A stretch of 64,000 nucleotides of DNA from Candidatus Bathyarchaeota archaeon (lineage in GTDB: Archaea > Thermoproteota > Bathyarchaeia > 40CM-2-53-6). Numbering within the stretch: the stretch's first letter is position 1; the number at the start of each line of letters is the position of its first letter. The translations under genes and the position numbers were made by a program. Positions 1-10,125 of the stretch are shown in pieces. Below the pieces are notes generated by a model. It had not been told where the DNA came from. It ran no database searches and saw only the letters and a program-made list of their open reading frames with translations. Location of the stretch: positions 1,856,001 through 1,920,000 of the forward strand of contig CAVSBL010000002.1 in NCBI GenBank assembly GCA_963726255.1, given 5' to 3'.

Positions 1-1
1 A

Positions 2-1834
2 ATGGCACGCATGAACTCAATAGTCCGACATCTGCCAGCCACAGAGACCCTAGGTTCGACCACAGTCATTTGCACAGACAAAACCGGAACTCTAACCAAA
101 GGCGAAATGACTGTAAAGAAAATCTACGCGCAAGACAGCATTTTCGAGGTCGGCGGCGTGGGCTATGAGCCGCAGGGCGAATTCAAACCGCCTCTGCCAC
201 AGGCTAGCAATGGCCAAGTCAGACTCGCTTGCCTCTGTGGAGCTCTCTGCAACGATTCAAACCTTGCAAATCAAAGCGGTGCATGGAAGATTATCGGCGA
301 CCCAACTGAAGGGGCGTTACTTGTAGCCGCTGCAAAAGCAGCAATCGACGTGGACGCTGCACGCATCGACTACCCACGCGTAACCGAGGTCCCTTTCACA
401 TCCGAAAGAAAGATGATGACAACAGTCCACAAAACAAAGACAGGCCAGTACTTGGTCGCCAGCAAAGGCGCTCCAGAAATCATCTTGGAGAAATGCAACA
501 AAGTTACGCATTCACCGTCGAGTGTAGCACTAGATCAAGATTCACGGCAACAGATACTGCGAACTAACAACGGTTTCGCCGCGGACGGATTTCGCGTCAT
601 CTCTGTGGCTTACAAATTCTTGGAAAAACTGCCAGACGAAGTGGATGAACGGATTGAACACGACATGACTTTCCTCGGATTAATGGCCATGATTGATCCT
701 CCAAGGCAGGAGGCAGCCGAGGCAGTGAAACTCTGTGAGAAGGCCGGAATACGCGTAGTCATGATCACGGGTGATCACAAGTTGACTGCCACTTGGGTCG
801 CCAAAGAACTGAACATCTTGAAGGAAGACGACTTGGCGTTGACCGGAGCAGAGCTAGACAAAATGGGCGAAGAAGAGTTTGGTTCCATCGCAGAGAAAGT
901 GAAAGTCTATTCCCGCACCTCTCCCGAACATAAGACTCGCATCGTTGAAGCACTCAAGAAGAGGGGAAACGTAGTCGCCATGACGGGGGATGGAATCAAC
1001 GATGCCCCCGCCCTCAAGAAAGCAGACATCGGCGTGGCTATGGGGATCACAGGGACGGACGTGACAAAGGAAGCGGCCGATATGATTCTTACCGACGACA
1101 ACTTCGCCTCAATCGTTTCCGCAGTCTATGAGGGCCGAGGCATATACGAGAACATTAGGAAATACTTGACATACCTACTCTCCGCCAACATTGGAGAGAT
1201 TCTGATCATGGCGGCCGCTGGGCTCTTGGCTCTCCCGCTCCCACTCCTCGCGAAACATCTCCTGTTCGTTAACTTGGCCACCGACGGCCTCCCCGCGTTG
1301 GCATTGGGCACCGACCCTCCCGAGCCGCTTCTCATGGAGAAGCCTCCACGAAACCCAAAGGAGAATATCTTAGCGACAGTCCACGGCTGGTTAGCGGGAA
1401 TAGCCACACTGCTACTGGTAGTTGCAGGCGCAGCCTTCGCGTATGGGCTGTTCAGCTACGGTTGGACATTTGCCCACCCGATCATCTTCGCTGAGCTCAA
1501 GGCGCGAAGCATGGTTTTCGCAACAATAGTACTCTTCGAAATCTTCTTCGCTTTCAGCTGCAGGTCCTTCGATCGTACATTCTTCGCAGTTGGCCCTCTC
1601 GGAAACAAATCGCTATTCGCAATCGTCTTGGGACAAGCCGTCCTCATGCCACTCATATTCCAAGTTCCAGTGTTGGCAAGCATTTTCAGCGTTACAGCCC
1701 TCAACCCTGTAGAATGGTTAATCGTAATTGCACTCAGCTCGTCGGGCTTCGTTGCAAGCGAACTATCAAAGGTCCTACGCAATTGGTTGACACGAAAGCC
1801 ATCTCAACCGAGCGTTGCTCAAAATTCGCATTGA
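2..1834 (+). CDS. Cation-transporting P-type ATPase (type IIA, Ca2+-like), 5' truncated by window edge
   Basis: DKTGTLT phosphorylation motif, KGAPE, MITGD, TGDGINDAPALKKADIG, C-terminal TM helices. Confidence 0.95.
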   Translation: MARMNSIVRHLPATETLGSTTVICTDKTGTLTKGEMTVKKIYAQDSIFEVGGVGYEPQGEFKPPLPQASNGQVRLACLCGALCNDSNLANQSGAWKIIGDPTEGALLVAAAKAAIDVDAARIDYPRVTEVPFTSERKMMTTVHKTKTGQYLVASKGAPEIILEKCNKVTHSPSSVALDQDSRQQILRTNNGFAADGFRVISVAYKFLEKLPDEVDERIEHDMTFLGLMAMIDPPRQEAAEAVKLCEKAGIRVVMITGDHKLTATWVAKELNILKEDDLALTGAELDKMGEEEFGSIAEKVKVYSRTSPEHKTRIVEALKKRGNVVAMTGDGINDAPALKKADIGVAMGITGTDVTKEAADMILTDDNFASIVSAVYEGRGIYENIRKYLTYLLSANIGEILIMAAAGLLALPLPLLAKHLLFVNLATDGLPALALGTDPPEPLLMEKPPRNPKENILATVHGWLAGIATLLLVVAGAAFAYGLFSYGWTFAHPIIFAELKARSMVFATIVLFEIFFAFSCRSFDRTFFAVGPLGNKSLFAIVLGQAVLMPLIFQVPVLASIFSVTALNPVEWLIVIALSSSGFVASELSKVLRNWLTRKPSQPSVAQNSH

Positions 1835-1854
1835 CGCAGCACGTCTCGCGATAA

Positions 1855-1873
1855 GGAAAAAAGAAAAAAGAAG
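1855..1873 (-). terminator. Oligo-T archaeal-type terminator for the minus-strand gene ending at 1895
   Basis: A-rich run aaggaaaaaagaaaaaagaag on + (T-tract on -) just past the stop codon. Confidence 0.5.
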
Positions 1874-1894
1874 GGTAGGGATGTTGGTAGAAGT

Positions 1895-2800
1895 TTAATG
1901 GTTTCTTTTTTGTTCAGTGCTCTGTGGTTTAGCTGCTTGAGGTTTACTTCTTCCTCGAAATGTAGCGAAGACCGCTAAAGCTGCGGCCAGAATGCCGAGG
2001 CCAACTGCGAGCACCTGATAGGTTTGCGTATTGCTGTTGGACGATGCTATTTGCTGATTCAGCTGGTTGATCGTCATGCTCTGCTGTGTGACGGTGCTTT
2101 GTAATTGCTGGTTTTGCGCCTGACTTTGCTGCAATTGTTGTTGAAGTGCTTGATATTGAGATTGAAGCGCTGCGTATTCAGGGGTGTTAGCTTTGATGTA
2201 GGATAAGGGCGCTATCGCGCTGTCGGTTGATGTGGATGAATAGGATGGGTAGTATGCGTAATAGTATGCGGGGTAAGTGTAGGAGTATTCGCAATACCAG
2301 TAACTGCAACTGTAGGAGTTGTTGTATGGATAATTATAGTAATAGTAGTATGGATAACCGTAGTAATTGTTGTTGTAGTTGTTCGATTGAGCCGTTTCAG
2401 AGAACGATGCCACGAGTGAGGTTCTCGGCGCATCTTGCGGAACAGTTACCTGGAAGCTCTTGCTGAAACTGCTTGTAGTGTAAGAAGAGCTGTAACCGTA
2501 ACTGTTCATGTTCGAATTGTTCGCTAGGGTCTGGCTGGTGAGCTGATGAAGTCCAGTCTCGTCGATGTAATAGATGGTTGCCGTCAGAGTTTTGAGGTAA
2601 ACATTGCTTTTCGGATTGACTTGCACGTTCACAGTAACGCTGTCCCCCGGCAAAACTTCAGAGGGGTACGTTACTTGGATGGTCGAGTAGGTCAGGTTAA
2701 CAGTGTAGGAGGCCTGGTTTGATTGCGCAAAGGCAGGGTTGAACAGGGCGATAGTCGTGAGGAGCACTGCCGAAAGGATGAGGGCGGTTGTAGGTTTCAT
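1895..2800 (-). CDS. Secreted, membrane-anchored protein with Tyr-rich insert and Gln-rich coiled coil
   Basis: Signal peptide from MKPTTALIL (ATG 2800, preferred over ORF-track start 2899), beta-rich domain, Y/N-rich tract, Q-rich heptads, C-terminal TM plus basic tail. Confidence 0.75.
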   Translation of the reverse strand: MKPTTALILSAVLLTTIALFNPAFAQSNQASYTVNLTYSTIQVTYPSEVLPGDSVTVNVQVNPKSNVYLKTLTATIYYIDETGLHQLTSQTLANNSNMNSYGYSSSYTTSSFSKSFQVTVPQDAPRTSLVASFSETAQSNNYNNNYYGYPYYYYYNYPYNNSYSCSYWYCEYSYTYPAYYYAYYPSYSSTSTDSAIAPLSYIKANTPEYAALQSQYQALQQQLQQSQAQNQQLQSTVTQQSMTINQLNQQIASSNSNTQTYQVLAVGLGILAAALAVFATFRGRSKPQAAKPQSTEQKRNH

Positions 2801-2916
2801 TTTTTGGTCGTACTGACAGTCCACATTGTCGGATATAAATGTGTCTTTATGTAGCACATAAACACAAATCGTAACGGGGGGCGCCTTGTAGCCGTCCAAA
2901 CTCCGCTTTCCATCAC

Positions 2917-3495
2917 TCAGAGATGCTTGAAATCATCCGGCGTGTCGACATCGCGCAGAACATTGGAAGAGCCCGCCTCGACGAATCGTATTCTTTCTTC
3001 ATGCTTCTTGGTCACTGCTTTTAGCCCGAATGACTGCTCGTCGATCTGTTCGATTTCCTTGAAGAGCTGACTATCCAATAGAATTGGGTGGCCGGGCCTA
3101 CCTCGATGGGCCGCGACAATTATTGGATACTTTCGACGCGTGTATTCGTCGATGACCAGGTTGATTGCGCTCGCATCTATCTTGGCTATGTCGCCTGGAA
3201 GGATGAGTATGGCCTGTGTCGTTTCGCTGATTTCTTTCAGCCCCACCTTCACGGAGCTGCTCTGGCCTTTCTCATAGTCTTTGTTCAGAACGAAACGGCA
3301 GGGGAGATCTTCGAGTGCCTTTTTGATCTTGTCGGCTTCCCAGCCGATGACTACGATCACTTCATCCACTTTCGACTTGAGCGCTGCTTCAACCACCCTG
3401 CGGATTATGGGCCTACCTTCAACCTTGATGAGGAGTTTGTTTCTGCCATGCATTCGGGTGGATTTGCCCGCAGCCAATACGATGAGTGAGAGCAT
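2917..3495 (-). CDS. mocA: Molybdenum cofactor cytidylyltransferase-like nucleotidyltransferase (MocA/MobA family)
   Basis: LAAGKSTRM-GRNKLL, GQSSSV, PGD, GHPILL, DVDTPDD motifs. Confidence 0.8.
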   Translation of the reverse strand: MLSLIVLAAGKSTRMHGRNKLLIKVEGRPIIRRVVEAALKSKVDEVIVVIGWEADKIKKALEDLPCRFVLNKDYEKGQSSSVKVGLKEISETTQAILILPGDIAKIDASAINLVIDEYTRRKYPIIVAAHRGRPGHPILLDSQLFKEIEQIDEQSFGLKAVTKKHEERIRFVEAGSSNVLRDVDTPDDFKHL

Positions 3496-3512
3496 CGGGA
3501 AATTCGACCATT

Positions 3513-4853
3513 CTATAGCAACATGGGCAAGAATTCTGCGGCGCCAGGTTTGCCTATCACTTGTTCATCATCGTATAATGGTTCTCCTCGGCGAATGGTC
3601 ATCATAGGCCACCCTTTCAATGTCCAACCTTCATATGGGGTCCATCCAACCTTGTAATGCAAATCTTCGGCCCTAACCTTCCGCCTAATCTTCAAGTCAA
3701 CGATAACTAGGTCTGCGTCGGCACCTTTCTGAATCACACCTTTTCTCGGGTAGAGGCCAAACACTTTCGCCGGGTTCTCGCAGCATACTCGCTGAAGAGC
3801 CGTCAGGCTGAGTCGGCGTTTATTTACTCCTTCACTCAACAGGACAGGGAGCATTGTTTCGATTGATGGGACGCCACCCCATGCCTTCCAGATATCGGTC
3901 CATCCCACCTCCTTCTCCGCGCGCTCCCCCGGCGCATGTTCCGAAGTAACCATGTCAATGGTTCCATCGCGTAGGCCCTTCCAGAGCGCTTGCACATCTC
4001 GCGGGCCCTTCAACGACGGGTTCATCTTCAGGTAAGGCCCCTGTTTCTTCATGTCTCCACCTGTGAAGGTTAGGTAGTGGGGGCATGTCTCCGCAGTCAC
4101 CCTAACTCGCCGCCGCTTATTTTTGCGAACAATTTCGACGCCCTCGCGAGTTGACATGTGGGAAATGTGAACTCTCGCCTTTAGCGTCCGTGAGAATTCA
4201 ACCACCTTCCTGACTGCGCGCTCCTCGGCAACGTTGGGTTTCCATTCAACGTGCGCCATCGGGTCTTTCCTACCTTCCGCGGTGAGCCTGTCGAAGTTTT
4301 CGTTGGCCGTTTGCTCATCTTCAGCGTGCACGTTCAGAATTGATCTTCGCATTGAAGTTTCGCGCATTAGGGACATGAGTGCGTGGTCGTCTGTGTAGTA
4401 AGGTGTGCATGTGAAGGTCTTGAATGACCGCACGCCTATGCTTGCGATTGCCGCTATGTTTGGGAGGTTGTTGAGGTTCATCATTCCTCCGTGGAGCGAG
4501 AAATCAATCAATGAAGACCGCTTTCCCAGCTCGATCTTATCCTTTACCCGTTCAGGTGTGTCGACGGGGGTTGAGAGAACCATCTCAACAACACTCGTGA
4601 CCCCTCCCGCCGCAGCGGCAGCAGTCCCCGTGGTGAAATCTTCGCGGTTTGTAAAGGCGGGGTCATGTAAGTGAGCGTGGCCGTCTACTAAGCCTGGAAG
4701 GATGAGTCTTCCCTTCGCATCAAGCCGCCGATCGGCAAGCTTAGGTTTCCTTACACCCACGTATTCGATTCTTTCATCTTCGATGAGAATATTGGCCGGC
4801 GTGAGGTGGCCTGCACGCACGAGTTTCCCATTCTCAATCAGAACAGACGCCAA
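3513..4853 (-). CDS. Cyclic amidohydrolase (allantoinase/dihydropyrimidinase/dihydroorotase family)
   Basis: PGLVDGHAH, AAAAGGVT, VHAED, HISHMS, ETCPHYL, KMNPSL, SEHAP, GADADLV. Confidence 0.9.
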   Translation of the reverse strand: MASVLIENGKLVRAGHLTPANILIEDERIEYVGVRKPKLADRRLDAKGRLILPGLVDGHAHLHDPAFTNREDFTTGTAAAAAGGVTSVVEMVLSTPVDTPERVKDKIELGKRSSLIDFSLHGGMMNLNNLPNIAAIASIGVRSFKTFTCTPYYTDDHALMSLMRETSMRRSILNVHAEDEQTANENFDRLTAEGRKDPMAHVEWKPNVAEERAVRKVVEFSRTLKARVHISHMSTREGVEIVRKNKRRRVRVTAETCPHYLTFTGGDMKKQGPYLKMNPSLKGPRDVQALWKGLRDGTIDMVTSEHAPGERAEKEVGWTDIWKAWGGVPSIETMLPVLLSEGVNKRRLSLTALQRVCCENPAKVFGLYPRKGVIQKGADADLVIVDLKIRRKVRAEDLHYKVGWTPYEGWTLKGWPMMTIRRGEPLYDDEQVIGKPGAAEFLPMLL

Positions 4854-4911
4854 CGCTGGTCCCCAAACCGAATGGCTCTATGTGACGAAGCACTTTACTC
4901 TTGGTGTCTAA

Positions 4912-5514
4912 TCATACTAATCTGGCGTCGCTATCAATAGTTGCCACTAAAGCTTCGCCCAGTTTGCGGTAGCCTGAGACATCGGGGTGATTGCCATCAG
5001 GTGAACTCAGCAAGCGGTCTGGGTTGCCTGGGTCTCTTACCGCGCGATTAGTGTCGCAGAAGAGGGCTCCAAGCCGATTCGCGGTAACGGCTATCCAAGT
5101 GTTCAGGTCCGAGATCGCCTTTGATTCCCCGGCTGACGCTGTGTTGTAGGGAAGGACGGTCGCTGCAACTGGTCTAATTTTTGCAGCCGTAGTTTTCTCA
5201 TACATTGCGAGCAGGTGTTCTTTGACCGATTCTACCGGGGCGCCTTGGTAAACATCATTGACGCCCGCAAGGATCACGACGTAGTTTGGCGACTCCGAGA
5301 ATACATCGCGCTCGAACCTAGCCAAAATCTCATCTGACCTCTCGCCGTTGACGCCACGGTTTAGCACCGTCCATTCGGGATGCATCCGCATCATCCAGTA
5401 GGCGTACTGGCTTTCGGGGTTTCCTCGGCCGTTAGGGGGTGCTTCGAGCGGGGAGAGGAAACCGGGGGTCCCAGCCGTTGTTGAATCCCCCAAGCCAACA
5501 ATCCGCAACTTCAA
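4912..5514 (-). CDS. SGNH/GDSL hydrolase
   Basis: GDSTT block I, NRGVNG, GVND, DGNHP catalytic DxxH. Confidence 0.9.
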   Translation of the reverse strand: MKLRIVGLGDSTTAGTPGFLSPLEAPPNGRGNPESQYAYWMMRMHPEWTVLNRGVNGERSDEILARFERDVFSESPNYVVILAGVNDVYQGAPVESVKEHLLAMYEKTTAAKIRPVAATVLPYNTASAGESKAISDLNTWIAVTANRLGALFCDTNRAVRDPGNPDRLLSSPDGNHPDVSGYRKLGEALVATIDSDARLV

Positions 5515-5598
5515 AGCGGCTCAGCTCTTCATCTCAAATAGGGTTGCAACACAACCTATTTTATGAAAAGGTGTTGCTCCTGAGGTTGGTCCTCATTA

Positions 5599-6969
5599 TT
5601 GGTTGACCTTCTGATAAGAAATGGCGTTCTGGTCACAATGGATAGTCAGCGGCGCATCTTGGAGAACCACGCTATCGCCATCGAGCAAGGTAAGGTCGTG
5701 GAAATCGGGAAAACTGCTGACCTGCAGAAGAAGCACAGTACCGCCGAGGTCTTAGACGCATCGGGCCGCATCGTGATGCCCGGAATCGTCTGCAGCCACT
5801 CCCACCTCTATGGCATGCTACTGAGGGGAGCATCGCTGAAGATAACCCCACCTTCAGATTTTACGCAGATTCTTCAGCGTGTTTGGTGGCCCGTTGACGA
5901 GGCTATGAATTTCGAGGATGCCTACGCAAGCGCCTTGGTTGCTTCAGTTGAATTCGCCAAATCAGGTGTAACAACTTTCGCGGATACCTACTCAGGCCCG
6001 AACTCAATCACTGGCGTTCTGGACCATATTGCACGTGCGGTCGAGGAGGTTGGGATCAGGGGTTTCGTGGCCTTCGAAGCCACCGAGCGGCACTCTAAGG
6101 ATGAAGGAGCGAAAGGGGTACAGGAGAACGTAAGGTTCGCTGAGAAAACGCACTCCAAGCCGGAGAGTAAAGCCAAACCCCTCTTCAGCATCCACGCCTC
6201 CTTCACCGTTTCCGACGATCTCATCAAACGGGTGAAGGCGCTGGCGGCAAAGTACCGGGTGCCAATTACCATACATGCCTCGGAGGGGCTGGGGGATCTT
6301 CATCACAACCTAGAGAACTATGGGAAGCGGACCGTGGAGAGGTTACGTGACATCGGACTACTCGGGCCTGACGTCGTCCTAGCCCACTGCGTGAACCTCG
6401 ATGAGAATGAAATCGACACTATTGCTCAAACGAAGACTGGTGTCGCACACAACCCCATGAGCAACATGCTAAACGCAGTTGGAGTCGCACCCATCCTCAG
6501 AATGCTTGAGAAACAAATCAACGTGGGCTTGGGAAATGACGGATACATTTTCGACATGTTCGAGAACATGCGCTCAGCCTACCTTTTGCACCGCGTATAC
6601 CACAAGAACCCGAACGCAATCGACCCCTACACCGTCCTAGAGATGGCGACCGTAAACGGCGCCAAGCTGTATGGGATGGAGAAGGAATTAGGCTCCATAG
6701 AGGCTGGGAAGAGGGCTGATATAATCATAATCAAACCAAGCGTACTGCCCACACCGCTGAACGCGAGCAGCGCCGTAGGCCATCTGGTCAATACGGTGGA
6801 TGGGGACGATGTTGAAACCGTCCTCGTCGACGGCAAGCCAGTCGTCAAGAACAAGCAACTTCTCACCTTCGACGAAGAGAAGGCTCAATCAATTTCGCAA
6901 AACGCCGCGGCCAAACTGTGGGAACGTTTGGAAACTGTGAAGCCACAGGTAGATCCCCTAAAGAAATGA
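5599..6969 (+). CDS. Metal-dependent amidohydrolase, SsnA / MTA-SAH deaminase-like
   Basis: CSHSHLY, DFTQILQRVWW (SsnA-like), HASFT, IHASEG, AHCV, HNPMSNM, GLGNDG. Confidence 0.85.
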   Translation: MVDLLIRNGVLVTMDSQRRILENHAIAIEQGKVVEIGKTADLQKKHSTAEVLDASGRIVMPGIVCSHSHLYGMLLRGASLKITPPSDFTQILQRVWWPVDEAMNFEDAYASALVASVEFAKSGVTTFADTYSGPNSITGVLDHIARAVEEVGIRGFVAFEATERHSKDEGAKGVQENVRFAEKTHSKPESKAKPLFSIHASFTVSDDLIKRVKALAAKYRVPITIHASEGLGDLHHNLENYGKRTVERLRDIGLLGPDVVLAHCVNLDENEIDTIAQTKTGVAHNPMSNMLNAVGVAPILRMLEKQINVGLGNDGYIFDMFENMRSAYLLHRVYHKNPNAIDPYTVLEMATVNGAKLYGMEKELGSIEAGKRADIIIIKPSVLPTPLNASSAVGHLVNTVDGDDVETVLVDGKPVVKNKQLLTFDEEKAQSISQNAAAKLWERLETVKPQVDPLKK

Positions 6970-7000
6970 GCAAAATCAGATGCGTTCTCAGTGTGGCTAA

Positions 7001-8293
7001 TTGGAATACAAAAGAGTCGTAACCTCATTTCTTACCGCCGATGGGAAGATCCTTCTGCTAAGGAGAAGCGAGAAGGTTGCGACACACAGGGGTAAATGGG
7101 CGGGGGTAAGCGGCTATCTGGAAGGAAGCGAAGATCCGCTCCAACGCGCGCAAATCGAAATACAAGAGGAACTAGGCCTCTCTCTTGAGCAGGTCAGCCT
7201 AGTAAAGGCGGGGGAAATCCTTCGCGCCTATGATGAGCCGACGAAGACCGTTTGGATTGTTCACCCATTCCTGTTTGAAACACGTTCAAGAACGATTCAA
7301 CTCGATTGGGAGAGCACAGAATACCGCTGGGTTGACCCCAACGAGCTAGGCTCGTATGAAACGGTCCCGAAACTCAAAGAAACCTTCGACCGCGTCCGCT
7401 GCAACTTCGAAGCCGCCCAAGCCACGCTTGCCAAAGTTCTGAAGGGCATCGACGCACTCGCGCAAGACAGGGCCCAGGGCGCAAGTGCACTTGGCCGAAG
7501 CGCGCTTCAACTATTGTCCGCAACCACTGAGACTGCAGAGGCCGCAACCGCCGAGGTAACATTCTGCAATCTCCTGTTTACAGCATCAAAATTACGTCAA
7601 GCGCAGCCAGCTATGGCTAACGTAAGAAATCTAGTCGGCATGTTGCTATACCGAGCCGACCAAAAGAAAAACTCAGTTTCCGCCGCCGAGTACGGTAGAC
7701 TGGTCCGTTCGCTGGCTGAAGAGTTGGCGCAATACTCAAGCGACGCCGCGGAGGACGCCGCAAGGAACGCTGTTGCCCTATTGCCAGAGGACGGCTATGT
7801 GCTCACCCACAGCCACAGCAGCACCGTCCTCAGGGCGCTTGAACTAGGCATGAAGGGCAGGAGACGGTTCCAGGTCTATGCCACCGAATCATACCCGGGG
7901 ATGGAAGGAAAACAGCTTGCTAAGGCGCTGGTTGATGTGGGTGTGCCTGTGAAACTCGTCGCCGACTCAGCGGTGGATTCGGTCATGCCGGATGTGGACG
8001 TAGTGTTGGTCGGTGCGGACAGCGTTCTGGCTGATGGTTCCCTCCTTCACAAGGTTGGAACAAGAGACATTGCTACCGCAGCCCATGAACGGGGGATACT
8101 CTTCTACAGCGTGTGCGAAAGAGCGAAGTTCAGTACGGCCGATTTTCTAGGTGAACCAGTTCAAACCTCAAACGGCCTGTTCGACGTCACGCCAAGCCGA
8201 TACGTTTCGAAATACATGACGGAAACGGGCGCTGTGGAACCACAAGAAGTAGAAGGCCGAATAGGACTCATGCTCCGGGAAATCTATCCATAA
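7001..8293 (+). CDS. NUDIX hydrolase fused to eIF-2B alpha/ribose-1,5-bisphosphate isomerase-like domain
   Basis: N-terminal Nudix box GYLEGSEDPLQRAQIEIQEELG; C-terminal QPAMA, LTHSHSSTV, ESYPGMEG, VGADSV, KVGT, FDVTP. Confidence 0.85.
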   Translation: MEYKRVVTSFLTADGKILLLRRSEKVATHRGKWAGVSGYLEGSEDPLQRAQIEIQEELGLSLEQVSLVKAGEILRAYDEPTKTVWIVHPFLFETRSRTIQLDWESTEYRWVDPNELGSYETVPKLKETFDRVRCNFEAAQATLAKVLKGIDALAQDRAQGASALGRSALQLLSATTETAEAATAEVTFCNLLFTASKLRQAQPAMANVRNLVGMLLYRADQKKNSVSAAEYGRLVRSLAEELAQYSSDAAEDAARNAVALLPEDGYVLTHSHSSTVLRALELGMKGRRRFQVYATESYPGMEGKQLAKALVDVGVPVKLVADSAVDSVMPDVDVVLVGADSVLADGSLLHKVGTRDIATAAHERGILFYSVCERAKFSTADFLGEPVQTSNGLFDVTPSRYVSKYMTETGAVEPQEVEGRIGLMLREIYP

Positions 8294-8347
8294 GTTCTCT
8301 ATCCATAATAAGAAGCTGAGATTGTAACCCGCAGGTATTGATCCTCC

Positions 8348-8731
8348 TTGAGCGGCATTCCAGAAGTTGATATGAGAATCAGAAAACTAGTGCAGGCAGT
8401 CTTTCGCTCCCAAGGAATGCTACGGGAATATTTCACAGACCTTTTCCCGTATATGCGTGAAGCACTGCGACATTTCAACCTAGAGAAAGCTTGGGAAACA
8501 GTTTACGCGGATGTTGTTACGGGAGATTTCGAGCTTGACCGCCTATCACTATTCCTAAACCGGCTATACCTCGAGGATAGGCAACTTTTCGCTTCATTCC
8601 TAGGCCATGTTACAAAAGAACTCTTCGACAGGTTTCATGAACCAAAAGAAAATCTAACATGGTTCTTCGAAGAATTGAAGGAACTAGGTTTCAGCTGGGA
8701 TGGCAAGAAATTGGTCCCAGCTGAGCCTTGA
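8348..8731 (+). CDS. Hypothetical helical protein
   Basis: 127-aa ORF filling the gap between two genes, protein-like composition. Confidence 0.6.
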   Translation: MSGIPEVDMRIRKLVQAVFRSQGMLREYFTDLFPYMREALRHFNLEKAWETVYADVVTGDFELDRLSLFLNRLYLEDRQLFASFLGHVTKELFDRFHEPKENLTWFFEELKELGFSWDGKKLVPAEP

Positions 8732-8747
8732 AATCGAACCAGTTCGC

Positions 8748-10019
8748 CTACATGACCTCATGACCGATATTTGGTATCGTCATCGTTTCCTCTGGCGGCG
8801 GGGTCCCGCGAAATAGGATGTAGAATGCCACGGCGGCAGCCAAGTAAGCTGCGCCCCCGATTAGTAATGGGGCTGAGAGTGAGAGAAATGAAGCCTGGCT
8901 TAGCAAGTAGCCTGCTAGAATCGGGCTAACAGAATTTCCGATCCCCCAAATCGTGTAAGTTATCGCTGATGCGGAAGCCCGTTCGTCGGGAGTTACGGTT
9001 CCCATCAGGTACGATTGTTGCATTGGCCATGCCATGTTCATGAAAAAGTTGCGCGCGATGAAGATAGTTGCTGCGAACTGGTAGGTCGGCGCAAGAACCA
9101 TTGACGCTAACAAACCAGCCGATAATCCCTGCGTTATGAGAACACTCTTGGAGCTACCCAACCTCTTCGTCAACCTCGGAACTATTGGCACAACTATTAG
9201 TGAGGTTATTTCGGCCGCAGCGAACCATGGGCCTAAGGAAGTTTCACTGGTCCCATACACCCTGTTGAACCAGAGGGAAAGCAACTGGATGCCAATTCCG
9301 GATGCAAACCCAACTAAGCCCAGGGTCGCGGAGAACTTGGTGATTTGAAGCCTAGACTTCTTGGGAAACAAGCTCCAACGGCGCCCGCCGTCAGGAGCAA
9401 CAGGAATCACTTTCGCTTCAGAAATCGGCAGCAGGACTAAGCCCGAGAGAATCGAAAGCCCCACGAACATGAGAAACGGGTATTCGTAGGATTCTAGGAA
9501 TGTTGAATTAAGTTGTACACGGAAGAGGGCTGGGAGAACACTCGCAGCAGATCCCGCGGTCAGCGCTATAGTCCATATGCCTTGCGACCAAGCGAAAGCT
9601 CTCGTTCGTCCCTCGGCGCCTGCCTTTTCGGAGATGAGGGCTGTCCATGCAGGTGTCCAAACTGCAGTGGTGAAACCACCCGCTAAGCCAATTCCACCGA
9701 TTGCACCTGCTACGAGTAGCGAGCTCAAGTCGCGGGTAAACGCGAAGAACACGTAGGCCAAGGCCGCCGAGAAGAAACCCCAGACAACGAATGGTTTTCT
9801 ACCATAACGGTCGGCTGCAATAGCGAAAGGTATCAGAGCAACCGTGCTTGCAAAAGACGAAACCGCCGTTATTGCACCTATTACCTCGCCTGAGAAGCCT
9901 AGGTTGCTCAAATAGATCGGCAGAACGACAAGCGTGTACCCGAGGGGTAACGAGTTAAGGCCCATTGCAGTGAGCAGAAGCTTAACGTCACGTGGGCTGT
10001 GTGATTCGTGGCCGCTCAT
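8748..10019 (-). CDS. MFS transporter
   Basis: About 12 TM segments, ADRYGRK motif A. Confidence 0.9.
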   Translation of the reverse strand: MSGHESHSPRDVKLLLTAMGLNSLPLGYTLVVLPIYLSNLGFSGEVIGAITAVSSFASTVALIPFAIAADRYGRKPFVVWGFFSAALAYVFFAFTRDLSSLLVAGAIGGIGLAGGFTTAVWTPAWTALISEKAGAEGRTRAFAWSQGIWTIALTAGSAASVLPALFRVQLNSTFLESYEYPFLMFVGLSILSGLVLLPISEAKVIPVAPDGGRRWSLFPKKSRLQITKFSATLGLVGFASGIGIQLLSLWFNRVYGTSETSLGPWFAAAEITSLIVVPIVPRLTKRLGSSKSVLITQGLSAGLLASMVLAPTYQFAATIFIARNFFMNMAWPMQQSYLMGTVTPDERASASAITYTIWGIGNSVSPILAGYLLSQASFLSLSAPLLIGGAAYLAAAVAFYILFRGTPPPEETMTIPNIGHEVM

Positions 10020-10125
10020 CTTGCGATGGACTCCAATCGGACCCTAGGGCCCGATAGCGAGCGGTCTAGAGGCTACGCTGCTATTCACATTACGGTTTCG
10101 CGGCTGCGAGGGAATAGTTCTTGCT

